Source: Verrucomicrobiota bacterium (GTDB taxonomy: Bacteria; Verrucomicrobiota; Verrucomicrobiia; Limisphaerales; AAA164-E04). Taken from it: a stretch of 64,000 nucleotides of DNA. Under the pieces are notes generated by a model. That model was not told the origin of the DNA. It did not search any database and was given only the letters and a program-made list of their open reading frames with translations. Numbering within the stretch: position 1 is the stretch's first letter; every line of letters begins with the position of its first letter. Shown in pieces: positions 9,633-19,668 of the stretch. Both the position numbers and the translations under genes were made by a program. The DNA is taken from contig CP170459.1 of NCBI GenBank assembly GCA_047947115.1, positions 3,296,001 through 3,360,000 on the forward strand, read 5' to 3'.

Positions 9633-10733
9633 ATGAAAGACAACAGTCGAATCCGTAAAAATCTACTCCTGATGTTGACCATGACCCTGTTCATGATCTC
9701 CATCTTGCTGGAACCGCAAGCTCAGGACAAAGGACCTGAAACTTCGCTGACTTGGAACGATCTGGGTTTAGGTGGCGTACCTGAAGGAGTTTCAACCGAC
9801 GAGCTTGTCATGATCGAAAGCCTTGAGGAAGGGCGGGGGACATGGGAATTTGAAGGCAGGATCATGCAGGACCGGGGCCCGATTCCGATTCAGGGAAAAA
9901 TGGATATCACGGGCTCTCTAAAGGGCGGTATGCTTCCTATGTGGGCGCTGACCTTGAATTGGCCGCGAGAGGATCCCGAGCATGCCATTTTTTATTCGAT
10001 CATGGTCGCGCCTGAAAACAAACAGATCGAATTGATGCTTTTCCGCATAGGCCCCGTCAGAGTCGGTGCTGAAGGCAAACCTACCAAAGATGACTTGGTG
10101 AAAGCACAACGCATCCCGTTCAAGGGGGACTGGGATTTGGAACACAGAAGAATCCTTTGGAAACAGAGCAGGTTGCCCGGAAAAATGGGTGTAAAAGATG
10201 AGCCTGATCAGTTAAAATCTCAAACTTTGGAGATGGAATCTTTCGAAATGATCCTGGCAGACAACGGATCGGTAACCATTCAAAATACAAAGAGTGACGT
10301 TGGAGGATTCGAAATTTCAGGAAAAACAACAGCCCGCATGGGCGACCCGGTGGTAAAGGAAACCCTGGCTTATAACAGAGACATGCGCTTTGCGACCAGA
10401 GACGATGTTTCGGAAGCTCATATCAAGCCGTACATTCCTGGCGCGGCAGTGGACATTACTCTCAACCTGCAGAGGAACGGTCATTACGCTCTTTACAAAA
10501 TCGGCGAAAAGGATTTTCTCAAATTTTTGGATGACCTGTGGCAAGGAAAAGAAAGAGAAAAGGGCGTGGCCGTCAACCAACGAGAAATGGCCAAGCACTT
10601 TGAGCGACTCGGATGGGAACCTTTTGAAAACGCCATCTCATACAACAGCCCCAGCAAGCCTAATGGCGCTATGAGTAACTATTACTACAATGCGAAGACT
10701 GGCATGGTTTTTGAAAATACTGGATACTGGTAG
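9633..10733 (+). CDS. Secreted hypothetical protein
   Basis: 366 aa ORF with a signal peptide; no recognisable family motif. Confidence 0.75.
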   Translation: MKDNSRIRKNLLLMLTMTLFMISILLEPQAQDKGPETSLTWNDLGLGGVPEGVSTDELVMIESLEEGRGTWEFEGRIMQDRGPIPIQGKMDITGSLKGGMLPMWALTLNWPREDPEHAIFYSIMVAPENKQIELMLFRIGPVRVGAEGKPTKDDLVKAQRIPFKGDWDLEHRRILWKQSRLPGKMGVKDEPDQLKSQTLEMESFEMILADNGSVTIQNTKSDVGGFEISGKTTARMGDPVVKETLAYNRDMRFATRDDVSEAHIKPYIPGAAVDITLNLQRNGHYALYKIGEKDFLKFLDDLWQGKEREKGVAVNQREMAKHFERLGWEPFENAISYNSPSKPNGAMSNYYYNAKTGMVFENTGYW

Positions 10734-10759
10734 AATGATTCCGGAGGCTTGCTTTTTTG

Positions 10760-10876
10760 GTAGCTGTTAGCTGTTAGCTGTTAGTGGTTAGTGGTTAGTG
10801 GTTAGCTAATGGCTGATGGCTAATGGCTAATGGCTAATGGCTAATGGCTAATGGCTAATGGCTAACCTCTTTTAGC
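10760..10876. repeat. Inverted heptamer array (TTAGCTG-type x3, TTAGTGG x3 | CTAATGG x8) between convergent genes; possible bidirectional terminator
   Basis: The arms meet at palindromic TTAG|CTAA (10802-10809); a small GCTAA...TTAGC hairpin abuts the DUF1501 stop. Confidence 0.9.
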
Positions 10877-12280
10877 TTACCCGATGATCTCATTTATGGG
10901 CCCGTTGCCTTCTTCGACCAAAAGTGAGACGGGCCCGAGTTCGGGGAGGAACATTTTGGTGTGATCGATGCCGAGTTGGTGGAGGATGGTGGCATGGAGG
11001 TCGCTGTAGTAGTGACGGTTTTCGACCGCCTCATAACCCACTTCGTCGGTGGCTCCGTGGACCACGCCACCTTTGATGCCGCCACCTGCCATCCATGAGG
11101 TGTAGCCTTTGGGGTTATGATCGCGGCCGGTGGTGTTTTGCGACCAGGGCGTGCGTCCGAATTCACTCGTCCAGACGACCAGTGTGTCGTTCAGCATTCC
11201 ACGCTGCTTGAGGTCTTTGATCAGTCCTGCGATCGGCTTGTCCGTGGCTCGGCAATGTGGCGCGTGTTCCTTCATGTCGCCATGGGCATCCCATCCACCG
11301 TTGCCGCCGCCTGCGTGGCAGATTTGAATGAACCGCACGCCTCGCTCGGCCAGGCGGCGCGCGAGCAGTAATTGTTTTCCAAATGACTGCGTGTGATCTT
11401 GGTCAATGCCGTAGAGTGATTGTATATGCGCCGGTTCACCGTTGAGATCGACCGCCTCGGGTGCGGATAATTGCATGCTGGCTGCGAGTTCGTATGCTTT
11501 GATTCTGGCTTGGATATTCGAGTCAATCGAGTAGCGGCGGTGAAAATCGGCGTTCATCTTTTCCAGCACTTGCATTTGACGGTCACGTTCGGTTGCCGAT
11601 CCTGTCTTGGGAGGGTGAAGGTTTGGTATGGGCGTTTCATTGGCCTGAAAAGGCGTCGCGGAAACGGAAGCACCCAGGTAGCCTCCGGTGAGCTGCACTG
11701 GTGACGAGGGGCGTCCGATGTTGACGAAGCTCGGCAGGTTCTTGTTCGCGCTGCCAAGTGCATGGGTTACCCAACTACCGAAGGATGGGTGATCAAATGC
11801 TCGGCCTCGGTGACCGGTGGTGGTTTCGATCACGGCAGGAAAATGATTACCTTCGTGGCCCCACATGGACCTGACAACCGCAATCTCATCGATGACGCTT
11901 CCGACATGTGGGAACCAATCCGAAACGGGCGTTCCGGACTGACCGTAGCGCGTAAAAGTGCGAAGACAGGGGATGACGGGACGCCGCATCTCGGCAAGGT
12001 TGTCCCCAAATCCGATGGCGTCGATGAATTTGCCGGCGTGTTCGTTGCCTTTCGGATCAAATGTGTCGATATGGCTGACGCCACCGCACATGAATAGAAA
12101 AATAACCGATTTGGCTTTCGGTTGAAAATGGGGGCCCAGCATGGCGTCCTTGATGTCCCCTCCTTCCGCCCAGATGCCGCCCAGTGCTGCACCGAGAAAA
12201 CCGCCACCCGCGCGATGGAGAAAATGACGTCGTGAAATTCGCCTGTGTGGAAGTGAGTATGGATTCAAATCAGCGGACAT
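10877..12280 (-). CDS. DUF1501 domain protein (Tat-exported)
   Basis: SRRHFL, KAKSVIFLFMCGGVSHIDTFDPK, LLARRLAERGVRFIQI, WDAH, SEFGRTP, GRDHNP; start taken at ATG 12280, overlapping the upstream stop. Confidence 0.92.
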   Translation of the reverse strand: MSADLNPYSLPHRRISRRHFLHRAGGGFLGAALGGIWAEGGDIKDAMLGPHFQPKAKSVIFLFMCGGVSHIDTFDPKGNEHAGKFIDAIGFGDNLAEMRRPVIPCLRTFTRYGQSGTPVSDWFPHVGSVIDEIAVVRSMWGHEGNHFPAVIETTTGHRGRAFDHPSFGSWVTHALGSANKNLPSFVNIGRPSSPVQLTGGYLGASVSATPFQANETPIPNLHPPKTGSATERDRQMQVLEKMNADFHRRYSIDSNIQARIKAYELAASMQLSAPEAVDLNGEPAHIQSLYGIDQDHTQSFGKQLLLARRLAERGVRFIQICHAGGGNGGWDAHGDMKEHAPHCRATDKPIAGLIKDLKQRGMLNDTLVVWTSEFGRTPWSQNTTGRDHNPKGYTSWMAGGGIKGGVVHGATDEVGYEAVENRHYYSDLHATILHQLGIDHTKMFLPELGPVSLLVEEGNGPINEIIG

Positions 12281-14477
12281 AGATGAATTCGTCGAGGTTG
12301 AAGAGGAGCCAGGCAAGCTGCTTGAGGCGCTTGGAATCGTTTTCGAGATAATGCATTGCCACTCTTGTTTCCGTTTCCGTTGGTGGCCTTGCGACGGTCA
12401 GCCGATAGCCGAGTTCTACCGCTTTGTTCAGGTCGCCATCCGCCATTCCGTGGACCCGGTCGGCGAACTGGATGGAAGCGTCTTCGATTTCCGGACTGTT
12501 CATCAGGAACAGGGACTGCGGTGCAGTGACTGTTTGCGTTCGGATGGGGCAGGGCTCTCGTCCGTCGTCCACATCGAAGGTTTGCAGGAAATTGGGTGTT
12601 ACGTCCCGACTCGCCGAATAACCACGCGTGATATAAACGCCTCGCCGTTGCTTCGCTGTGTCATCGCTCGGGGTAAAAGACGAGCCGCCCACGGTCAGGT
12701 CAAGATGGTCCGCCGCAGAGTGGATGGAATCCCAGATTACTTCGGCTTCAAGTCGTTGCAGCGGGAAGTGCCAAAGGTGATCATTGCCCGGATCGATTGC
12801 CTGCGAATCAGCGAATTCAGGTCCAGTATCCGACGCCATTTGGTATGCCTCTGAAGTCACTATGAGTCGGTGCATGTGTTTCATGCTGTATCCGCTGCTT
12901 ACGAATTCCGCGGCCAGCCAGTCGAGCAATCCCGGATGCGTTGGTCTGCCTGCTTGATTCCCGAAATCGCTGGTCTGCTTGTGTAATCCCTTGCCAAAAT
13001 GCCACTGCCATATTCGGTTTACAGCGACACGGGCGAAAAGTGGATTATCTGGGGCGGTGAGCCAGTCTGCAAAAGCCTCGATACGGCCTTCGCGAAAGTC
13101 AATATCGCCTTCTGCAAAAGGCCAGCCGGGCTTTACCTCGTTCTTCAATTCAGGGCGCGCCGGATCAGCACTGGTTAGAACGTAGCTGGGTTGCCTTTCG
13201 CGAATACGATCCGTTTCCACGGTATAAAAGACCGGAATGCGCGGGGCGGGACGACGATTTTTGTTTGCTTCACTAAGACGCTCTTGCAGCGCGCGGGATT
13301 GATTGCGCACCTCTTCGGGGAGAATCTCGTTGATTTTGCCGCCGTCGATTCGGAGGATCGGGAAGTAGTCGTCGGCGATCTTCTGTTCTTCGATGGTGCG
13401 CTTGCTTTCGGGCTTGAGAATCACAGTACGCACTTCCGGCGGCAGCATCTCGACGCGTTCATCATAGAGACGTTTCTTGAAGGGGGCCAGGAGCTCCTCT
13501 AATTCCCTTTCCAATGGAGCGCGCGCCTTTTGCGATTCTGCAATGACCTTGCCGGCTTCGAGCAGCGTTTCCGCGCTTGCCAACGTCACCTTTCTTAAAA
13601 CCAGAGGATCAAACAACGCCTTCATGGAGTAGTAGTCTCTCATTGAAATGGGGTCAAACATGTGATCGTGGCATTTGGCGCAGGCAACGGTCATCCCCAT
13701 GAACGCGGAAGAAATGGTGTCTACTGCGTTGATCGCCAGATTGCCCCCACTGCCTCGTGCAAGAAATCCCAGCGCGAACATGTCGCCGGGCCGTGGTTCC
13801 TTTTCCGAGCGATAGCCGGTTGCCGACATGCGTGTACGTTCGTTAGCACGCCTTCCTGTCAACTGGATCTGAACAAAATCGTCGTAAGGAAGATCGTCGT
13901 GTAACGCGCCGATGATCCAGTCCCTCCATAGGTAAATTCCAGGGGCGGCCGTCATGCCAGTATCCGTATCTGCATATCGTAACACATCCAACCAATGACG
14001 CGCATAACGCACGGCGTGTTGTTCGCTGTCGAGCAGTTTGGTGACGACTTTTTCGTAGGCATTCTCCGATGTGTCCGCGAGGAATGCCTGCTGCTCTGCT
14101 GGAGATGGCGGTAGCCCCACCAGATCAAGATAAACCCGGCGCAAAAGAATCAGTTTATCGGCCGGATCAACGGTTTTCAGTTCAAGGGCTCGACGGCTTT
14201 CCGCAAGGAACCGATCGACCGGATGCTTGGAACCCCCGTCGCCCTGAGGGATTTTCGGAGTGACAATGGGTCGTAACGACCATAAAAGCTCCGTTGAAAT
14301 CTTGCTTTGACGTTCCTGCGCTTGGGCGACGAGCAAAAACCATGAGTTGAAATAGGCACAGGAGACAAACAGCAACAGGCTCGAAACCATGTTTCGTCTT
14401 CGGTTGCTCCTTCGAACGTTCCTGGGATTCCTGTTGAATGGCCTCATCATTTCGAGTGGACAAATCCAGATCGTCAT
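12270..14477 (-). CDS. DUF1549/DUF1553 (PSCyt2/PSD1) protein
   Basis: HPVDRF, LLRRVYLDLVGLPPS, RHWLDVLRYAD, CAKCHDHMFDPIS..DYY, NPLFARVAVNRIWQWHFG.GL, HP.LLDWLA, LFNLDEFIYV; the true start may be 14390. Confidence 0.92.
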   Translation of the reverse strand: MTIWICPLEMMRPFNRNPRNVRRSNRRRNMVSSLLLFVSCAYFNSWFLLVAQAQERQSKISTELLWSLRPIVTPKIPQGDGGSKHPVDRFLAESRRALELKTVDPADKLILLRRVYLDLVGLPPSPAEQQAFLADTSENAYEKVVTKLLDSEQHAVRYARHWLDVLRYADTDTGMTAAPGIYLWRDWIIGALHDDLPYDDFVQIQLTGRRANERTRMSATGYRSEKEPRPGDMFALGFLARGSGGNLAINAVDTISSAFMGMTVACAKCHDHMFDPISMRDYYSMKALFDPLVLRKVTLASAETLLEAGKVIAESQKARAPLERELEELLAPFKKRLYDERVEMLPPEVRTVILKPESKRTIEEQKIADDYFPILRIDGGKINEILPEEVRNQSRALQERLSEANKNRRPAPRIPVFYTVETDRIRERQPSYVLTSADPARPELKNEVKPGWPFAEGDIDFREGRIEAFADWLTAPDNPLFARVAVNRIWQWHFGKGLHKQTSDFGNQAGRPTHPGLLDWLAAEFVSSGYSMKHMHRLIVTSEAYQMASDTGPEFADSQAIDPGNDHLWHFPLQRLEAEVIWDSIHSAADHLDLTVGGSSFTPSDDTAKQRRGVYITRGYSASRDVTPNFLQTFDVDDGREPCPIRTQTVTAPQSLFLMNSPEIEDASIQFADRVHGMADGDLNKAVELGYRLTVARPPTETETRVAMHYLENDSKRLKQLAWLLFNLDEFIYVR

Positions 14478-14709
14478 CGACCTCCGGTTGAATTCCGAAT
14501 GCTAATGAGCCCATTTTGATTGTCGAGTAGATTTCCATATCACACTTCATGGCTAACAAGGGTATGCGGGGCAGGGTGATGGTATCTGGGATTTGGAAAT
14601 CACATTCAGTTGGGTAACGTGAGCAATGAGCACGTTTATAGCAGTTCCATATTGTTGAACCAGGATAATGGAGCTTGCTTAATTATGCATAGGAAGACTA
14701 CTGTGATGG

Positions 14710-15285
14710 ATGTTGAATGCCGTGTTGGTTGTAATTCGCCCTGAGATTGGATGGGCAAGAGTCGCTAGGAGAGAAGAAAACTTTTTGGTGGTCGCGTTGA
14801 TCGAGTGGGTGCTACTTGCCTTAGTGACGATGGGGTTTGAAAGTTGGGGCATGATTGAGCTGGGGGCGGGGAAAAACAGCATTGGAGGCGCTTACAACTT
14901 GTCGTTAGGCAGGATTCTTAATTATCAGATTGTCTACCTCTTATTATTCTCTTTGTTTGTTTGTGTTGCATCTGTGTTGATATATTTTTCAGTTAAGAAA
15001 GATATTATTCAATGTGGTTTTTATTACTTGGCTGGTGTGGTTGTCTATCTTTCATGTCCTGTGCTGCTCATGAAAATGCTGGATGCTTTTCCTGGGGTAA
15101 ATACCTGGGTTTGTTTTATGATGGCGATAGTTTTGATTGTGGTTTCCACGTATGCTGCAATACCTAAGATTCTGTTTCCGAACGTAACGGATGGCTTTTC
15201 AATATTTATTATAATATCATTAATTTTATGTGGAATGCTTTTTTGTTGTCACTTCATTAATGTTATTAAATTGAAAATTGGATGA
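14710..15285 (+). CDS. Yip1-like multi-pass membrane protein (AT-rich gene)
   Basis: 191 aa with about 5 hydrophobic segments and an N-terminal 'IRP..GW..V' pattern typical of Yip1; low GC. Confidence 0.55.
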   Translation: MLNAVLVVIRPEIGWARVARREENFLVVALIEWVLLALVTMGFESWGMIELGAGKNSIGGAYNLSLGRILNYQIVYLLLFSLFVCVASVLIYFSVKKDIIQCGFYYLAGVVVYLSCPVLLMKMLDAFPGVNTWVCFMMAIVLIVVSTYAAIPKILFPNVTDGFSIFIIISLILCGMLFCCHFINVIKLKIG

Positions 15286-15312
15286 AGAAATATAAAAATT
15301 CAATTTAATTAT

Positions 15313-15660
15313 TTAATGGCATACAACCATCTGTTTTAATTTTTTTAATTTTTTTTCCGAAAGTCGTATATTTAATATTCGCTTTATAAAGTTGGCATCC
15401 CTGTGGTGCAGATAGTTCAAACTGCATAATTCCGAGTGAAATTCTCTGTCGCTATTTGTATTGGCAATTGAAAGGAGTGCGTTCTTCTCAGCTCTGACAA
15501 AATTCGGGTGGATCAACGCTATTATCTTGAAAAAGAGCGTCAAAGGAAAAAACCACCAATGGCAATTCCACAAGACTTGTTCATAAAATTTCGTTTCATT
15601 GCATTTGTAATATTTGCAATATGCATCTATAAAAGAATCGTTCCATGATGTAGTGAACAT
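15313..15660 (-). CDS. Hypothetical protein (AT-rich gene)
   Basis: 115 aa ORF in very AT-rich DNA, where an ORF of this length is unlikely by chance; convergent with the Yip1-like gene. Confidence 0.65.
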   Translation of the reverse strand: MFTTSWNDSFIDAYCKYYKCNETKFYEQVLWNCHWWFFPLTLFFKIIALIHPNFVRAEKNALLSIANTNSDREFHSELCSLNYLHHRDANFIKRILNIRLSEKKLKKLKQMVVCH

Positions 15661-15989
15661 ATTAATTATTTATTTTTGTTATGCTTCTGTCAGGCCTGTG
15701 ATGCCCGGTCGCGCGGGTAAGGTGAAACTGAGTTCTTTTGAACATGCATTGGAGAAAACCAGCCTTATCGGATAGTCGCACGCGTGGCGAATAATGCAAG
15801 TTGTATTATTTTTTGATTGTTCCGGGCGGGAGATGTTCCATCTTGAATGTCTTCTCAAGCTGTTGGTAAGCTAACGCCCGCATGGGGGCGGTCTCGTCAA
15901 TCAATGAGTGTATCCGTTTAAGGTCGTGTGAGTCTCGAAGGTTTGAATGCCAAGGTTTACCTGATCATTGGTATCTCCACAACCCTTCG

Positions 15990-17177
15990 TGTGGTGCTTC
16001 TGTCATCAAGTGTGAATTCGATCAGCGATGCCTAAGAAATCCAGTTCATTTTTCAGTCTTGAGTCCAGTTGCTTCATCCAGGTTAAGACGAAAAGAAAGG
16101 TAAACACATCTCGGAATGAAAGTCTGCGTTTTGCCAGCCCGGCTTGCATGGCAGGGGTGCGAGTTTCTGGACCAAACTTCAAAGCTCGATGTGGTCTCAG
16201 AAAGTTGTAATGACACCGAAGAATGTCCAATTGCTTTTCGAGGAATTCCTCAAACCGAGCGAAGCAGGTTGTTCGTATGGTCAGGAATGAAGTTGATTGC
16301 CGGATGGTCAAATTAAGCCTTTCGATAAAGGAGGTGTTGAGGATTTCTGAGTCTTCTGAATTCTGCAGCGCTTTTTCAAAACCCCGTTTGTCACCAATGA
16401 TCATTCTTCGGTCGACTTTGGTGACGCGATCATTCCTGCGAGTCTTGATCACTTGTCCATACAGGCATTTACCAAAGCACTTGCGAATAGCGCGCTCATA
16501 AAATTTATATCCATCGGTGGTAATGAGCGGAATTCGTTGTGGATCTGTTAGTTTGGATATCGATCGTATGACGAATTTGGTGTTTTCGTAATTCCTGGAT
16601 CCAATGACTGTTCCAGGCCAAAAGCGCGACCAGACATCCATTGTGGCAAAAATCCAAGAGGCCTTCCTTTTGTTTCCAGTGAAAGATCGGATTTCATCAG
16701 CTTGGATCTCCCTGATATCCATATCCCGAGTATTGTCCCTATTAAATTGTCGGCAGGATTTTGCGGCCTTTTACAACCATCGATGAACCGAATTCCAGCC
16801 GATGGATTGGACTCTGGAGATAGCTGATTTGTTTACACCTTCGACGCTCAAGCTGGCCACTTGATCGAACTTGGATCTGGGGTGTTGTATCCGGAAATAA
16901 GGAGTCCCGACAGTCGATGAGAAAGTGGTCCGGCAGACTTGGCATCGAAAACTTCTCCTCTTTCCGGATTTGGTTTTGTAGTACCCATACGGGGAGATTT
17001 GGGCAGCGGAATTGCCTTTACGGCTCTGACAATTATGGTTGGGGCAAGTTCGATTCATCTTAAGAGATGTTGACAATAGATCTGTTTTTCGTTTGATCAA
17101 TGTCCAACCTCCTCAAGTGGAGTAGGGTGCGTTGCCAAAATTGGGCTGTTTTCACAGTCGATGGCAGAAGCATCACA
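15990..17177 (-). mobile_element. IS1-family insertion sequence with 27-bp imperfect terminal inverted repeats
   Basis: TGTGGTGCTTCTGTCATCAAGTGTGAA (15990-16016) versus the reverse complement of 17151-17177, TGTGATGCTTCTGCCATCGACTGTGAA (23/27 identical), enclosing the transposase. No target-site duplication was found. Confidence 0.85.
16006..17058 (-). pseudogene. IS1-family transposase interrupted by an in-frame TAA at 16771-16773
   Basis: The zinc-ribbon/HTH part (CPNHNC...FRCQVC...WNSVHRWL*) continues in the same frame as KAAKSCRQFN...IQADEIRSF...ITTDG...NTSFIERLNLTIRQ...HYNFLRPH..L...TPAM.AGL (DDE domain). Confidence 0.85.
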
Positions 17178-17189
17178 ACGAGTTAGTAG

Positions 17190-17278
17190 TGGTACCGGTG
17201 GTCGGACTCGAACCGACACGAGGTTTAACCCTCCCAAGATTTTAAGTCTTGTGCGTCTGCCAATTTCGCCACACCGGC
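17190..17278 (-). tRNA. tRNA-Leu (anticodon TAA), CCA encoded
   Basis: GCCGGTGTGGCGAAATTGGCAGACGCACAAGACTTAAAATCTTGGGAGGGTTAAACCTCGTGTCGGTTCGAGTCCGACCACCGGTACCA; cloverleaf with a long variable arm. Confidence 0.97.
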
Positions 17279-17510
17279 TTGTGTGTGTCTAAGAGTGCTG
17301 TTGGCTGCAGCGGGGAAACGCTAGCAGATTAAAAAACGATGAGGCAAGCTCCCTTTTGAACTGAATGTAGGGTGGGATTTTCGAAGCTGTTGGCTGGCCT
17401 TTTTGAGCTTACAATCACGGCTGGTAGCCCTGAGGGGCGCCTCGGGGACGACACGATCTACCTATTTCCTCTTGGAACGCCTCAAAGTTCCCTTCAAATG
17501 CCCCGCTGAT

Positions 17511-17864
17511 TCAGACATCGAAGGATTTGCCACATCCGCAGGAGTGTTTGGCGCGGGGGTTGGTCAGTTTGAATCCTCCCTGGTTGAGGCTGTCGGAGAA
17601 GTCAATGACGGATCCCTGGAGGTATTCAGCACTGATTTGGTCGATGATCAGGTCCACGTTGTGCATGTTCCATTGGGTGTCTCCGTCGCGGACTTCGTCA
17701 AAGACCAGCCCATATTGCATGCCCGAGCATCCGCCTTTCTCTATGTACACACGCAATGGTTTGCCCTGATTTTCGGGTTGGTTTTGTTGCATGTCCCGAA
17801 TTTCGTCGGCCGCTTGTTCGGTGATGGTCAGTATGGGGCGTTCGGTTGAAACTGTCTCACTCAT
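17511..17864 (-). CDS. Fe-S cluster assembly accessory protein (IscA/ErpA/HesB family)
   Basis: LRVYIEKGGCSGMQYGL, GFKLTNP.A..SCGCGKSF. Confidence 0.95.
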   Translation of the reverse strand: MSETVSTERPILTITEQAADEIRDMQQNQPENQGKPLRVYIEKGGCSGMQYGLVFDEVRDGDTQWNMHNVDLIIDQISAEYLQGSVIDFSDSLNQGGFKLTNPRAKHSCGCGKSFDV

Positions 17865-17876
17865 AATTTTGGGGTG

Positions 17877-17905
17877 AAGCTATCGTGACTTTGGCTGGGT
17901 GTCAA
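17877..17905 (-). promoter_or_regulatory. Sigma-70 promoter for the IscA/ErpA gene
   Basis: TTGACA-17 nt-TAGCTT on the minus strand, ending 12 nt before ATG 17864, which implies a very short leader. Confidence 0.55.
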
Positions 17906-18089
17906 ATGTCGTAAACTCACCTTGACGATAGCGATGGTGGAATGCTTGCCGAAAGCAAGTTCGATTTCCTCAATCCAGGTTTTCGCAAATAGAAGATCGC
18001 CAAGGACGCAAAGTCTATTTTTCTGAACTTTTGATTGTTGATCTGTCCGCTGACGAAGTAGGGGCTAAGCCTTTGAGGGTTCGAATGAT

Positions 18090-19511
18090 TCAGGGTTGTG
18101 AATAGTTTGCAATGTCGGGAATGCTCTTGATGCCGAAGGGTGCTTGGTTGATGGTTCGGGTGGAAATGAGACCGTCTTCAATGCGCAGTGTCGGCCATCC
18201 CTGGGGGGCGGGGTGATAGACATCGCCATGATGTCGCAGCATTTGTTCCCGGACATTTTCGGGGTGGCTTGAGAGTCCGGCGCAGTAGTGGTGTCCGTTG
18301 CGTTCCACTGATTCGATGCCAAGTGCGGCGGTAACGCATAGGTCCTGCATCACGGCCACAGGGCCTTGATTGCATAAATCTTCTCCACTCATGATGCAGG
18401 GTGCGGTGGGATTGGAACGAGATAGACTGTGGAACAAGGCCCGATTGGCGATGCTTTTGATGACTCCTTTGCAGTTTTTGTGACTTGTTCCAGCGTATCC
18501 CATCCGGATGGCATCTGCTGCACTGGTCAAGGTGCCATCGCTTTCGTCGATGATGATCCGAGGTTTATCGTTCCAGGCATGAAGTTCGCTCGACACTGTC
18601 TGGTCGAGCGCCACATCCCGCTTGATTGGTTGTTCCGTAAACAGGAGGTGTTTCATGAACGATTGCAACTCCTTGGTGGTTATTAAACGGTTCCAAAAGT
18701 CTCTGAATTGTTCGATGGATTCAAACTGTTCGTTGCCATCCAGTGTGAAAGCAAATCTGTTCGCCGTGGTCTGTGAGACGATTTGGGAGATGTCCAGAAG
18801 GCGTTGACGGTCGGTGGCGAAATCGCCGCAGATTTTGATTTTAAGATGCCTGATACCATAAACATTCATGCAAGCATCGAGCGATTGGGGAAGCCCGTCC
18901 TGTAATCGATCGTTCGGATCAATGTCGGATTCTGTGAGAGGATCTGACAGACCGACAGTGTGTCTGGAGATGATGCTTTTTAACGGGGCCTTTGGCAGCG
19001 CGGTTATCAAGGACGAATCATTCAGTCCGGGATGAATCGCATCCAGGTGCAGTCCCAAGGCGTTTGCTTTCAGTGCGTGGAAAAAGGTCATTTGGGAGTG
19101 GCGGCAAAAGCCATCGATCAAGGCGCGTTCGACGAGTGATGATCCAAAATGAGTGAGCAGGGGAGGGTGGGACTGGCTGTGTCCCCATGCATCTTGTTCA
19201 TTGTAGATTTGCTGCCAGCATTCGAAAACGGTCTTTCCTTTGATTCCGCAGCTGATGTTGCAGGCATGTTCGATGATGTCCCTTAGTTCCCTCAATTCTG
19301 CATCCGGCGTCTGGTCCGGATTTTTCTTGAACCATTTGGGGGGGAGTAAATCCGAGGATATTCCCATTGCTTGTTGTCCGTTGATTTCACAATCCAAGGT
19401 GACGAAGACCAAAGGGAAGGCGGTCATCGTGGCGATGCCATATTTGAAGGGCATGCGCGTCTTCAGGTCGACAGATGAGATCCGGGCTGAATGGAGCTTT
19501 ATATTTTGCAT
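18090..19511 (-). CDS. Enolase-superfamily (mandelate racemase/MLE-like) protein
   Basis: RMPFKYG, HLKIK, TLDGNEQ, EQP, IIDESD, SHKNCKG, SGEDL, ERNGHHY; start taken at ATG 19511. Confidence 0.75.
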   Translation of the reverse strand: MQNIKLHSARISSVDLKTRMPFKYGIATMTAFPLVFVTLDCEINGQQAMGISSDLLPPKWFKKNPDQTPDAELRELRDIIEHACNISCGIKGKTVFECWQQIYNEQDAWGHSQSHPPLLTHFGSSLVERALIDGFCRHSQMTFFHALKANALGLHLDAIHPGLNDSSLITALPKAPLKSIISRHTVGLSDPLTESDIDPNDRLQDGLPQSLDACMNVYGIRHLKIKICGDFATDRQRLLDISQIVSQTTANRFAFTLDGNEQFESIEQFRDFWNRLITTKELQSFMKHLLFTEQPIKRDVALDQTVSSELHAWNDKPRIIIDESDGTLTSAADAIRMGYAGTSHKNCKGVIKSIANRALFHSLSRSNPTAPCIMSGEDLCNQGPVAVMQDLCVTAALGIESVERNGHHYCAGLSSHPENVREQMLRHHGDVYHPAPQGWPTLRIEDGLISTRTINQAPFGIKSIPDIANYSQP

Positions 19512-19668
19512 TTGGAATAAGGATATGAAGGTCGATTGATTTGCTCGCAAGGTTCGGCGGGCTATCCTGAGAGAAAAACGCTGCGAAAGCCACATCAATC
19601 AGGAGAGTTTTCTTGGTTTATTTACTTGATCGCTGGCATGAATTTCTTAACCATGCTTCGCATCGCGA

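Noticed and set aside
4942..10876. Heptamer arrays as CRISPR arrays
   Set aside because: The units are 7 nt with no unique spacers, and there are no cas genes in the window
14570..14600. Possible att-site duplication of the tRNA-Leu 3' end
   Set aside because: Only a few bases match (TGGTA.C.GG), which is not significant; no integrase is present
15731..15744. AGTTC-TTTT-GAACA, a one-mismatch LexA-like box upstream of the 15313-15660 gene
   Set aside because: About two one-mismatch hits are expected by chance in 64 kb, and there is no supporting SOS context
16722..16800. Programmed -1 frameshift between insA and insB
   Set aside because: The two ORFs are in the same frame (51 nt apart); a single in-frame TAA explains the split
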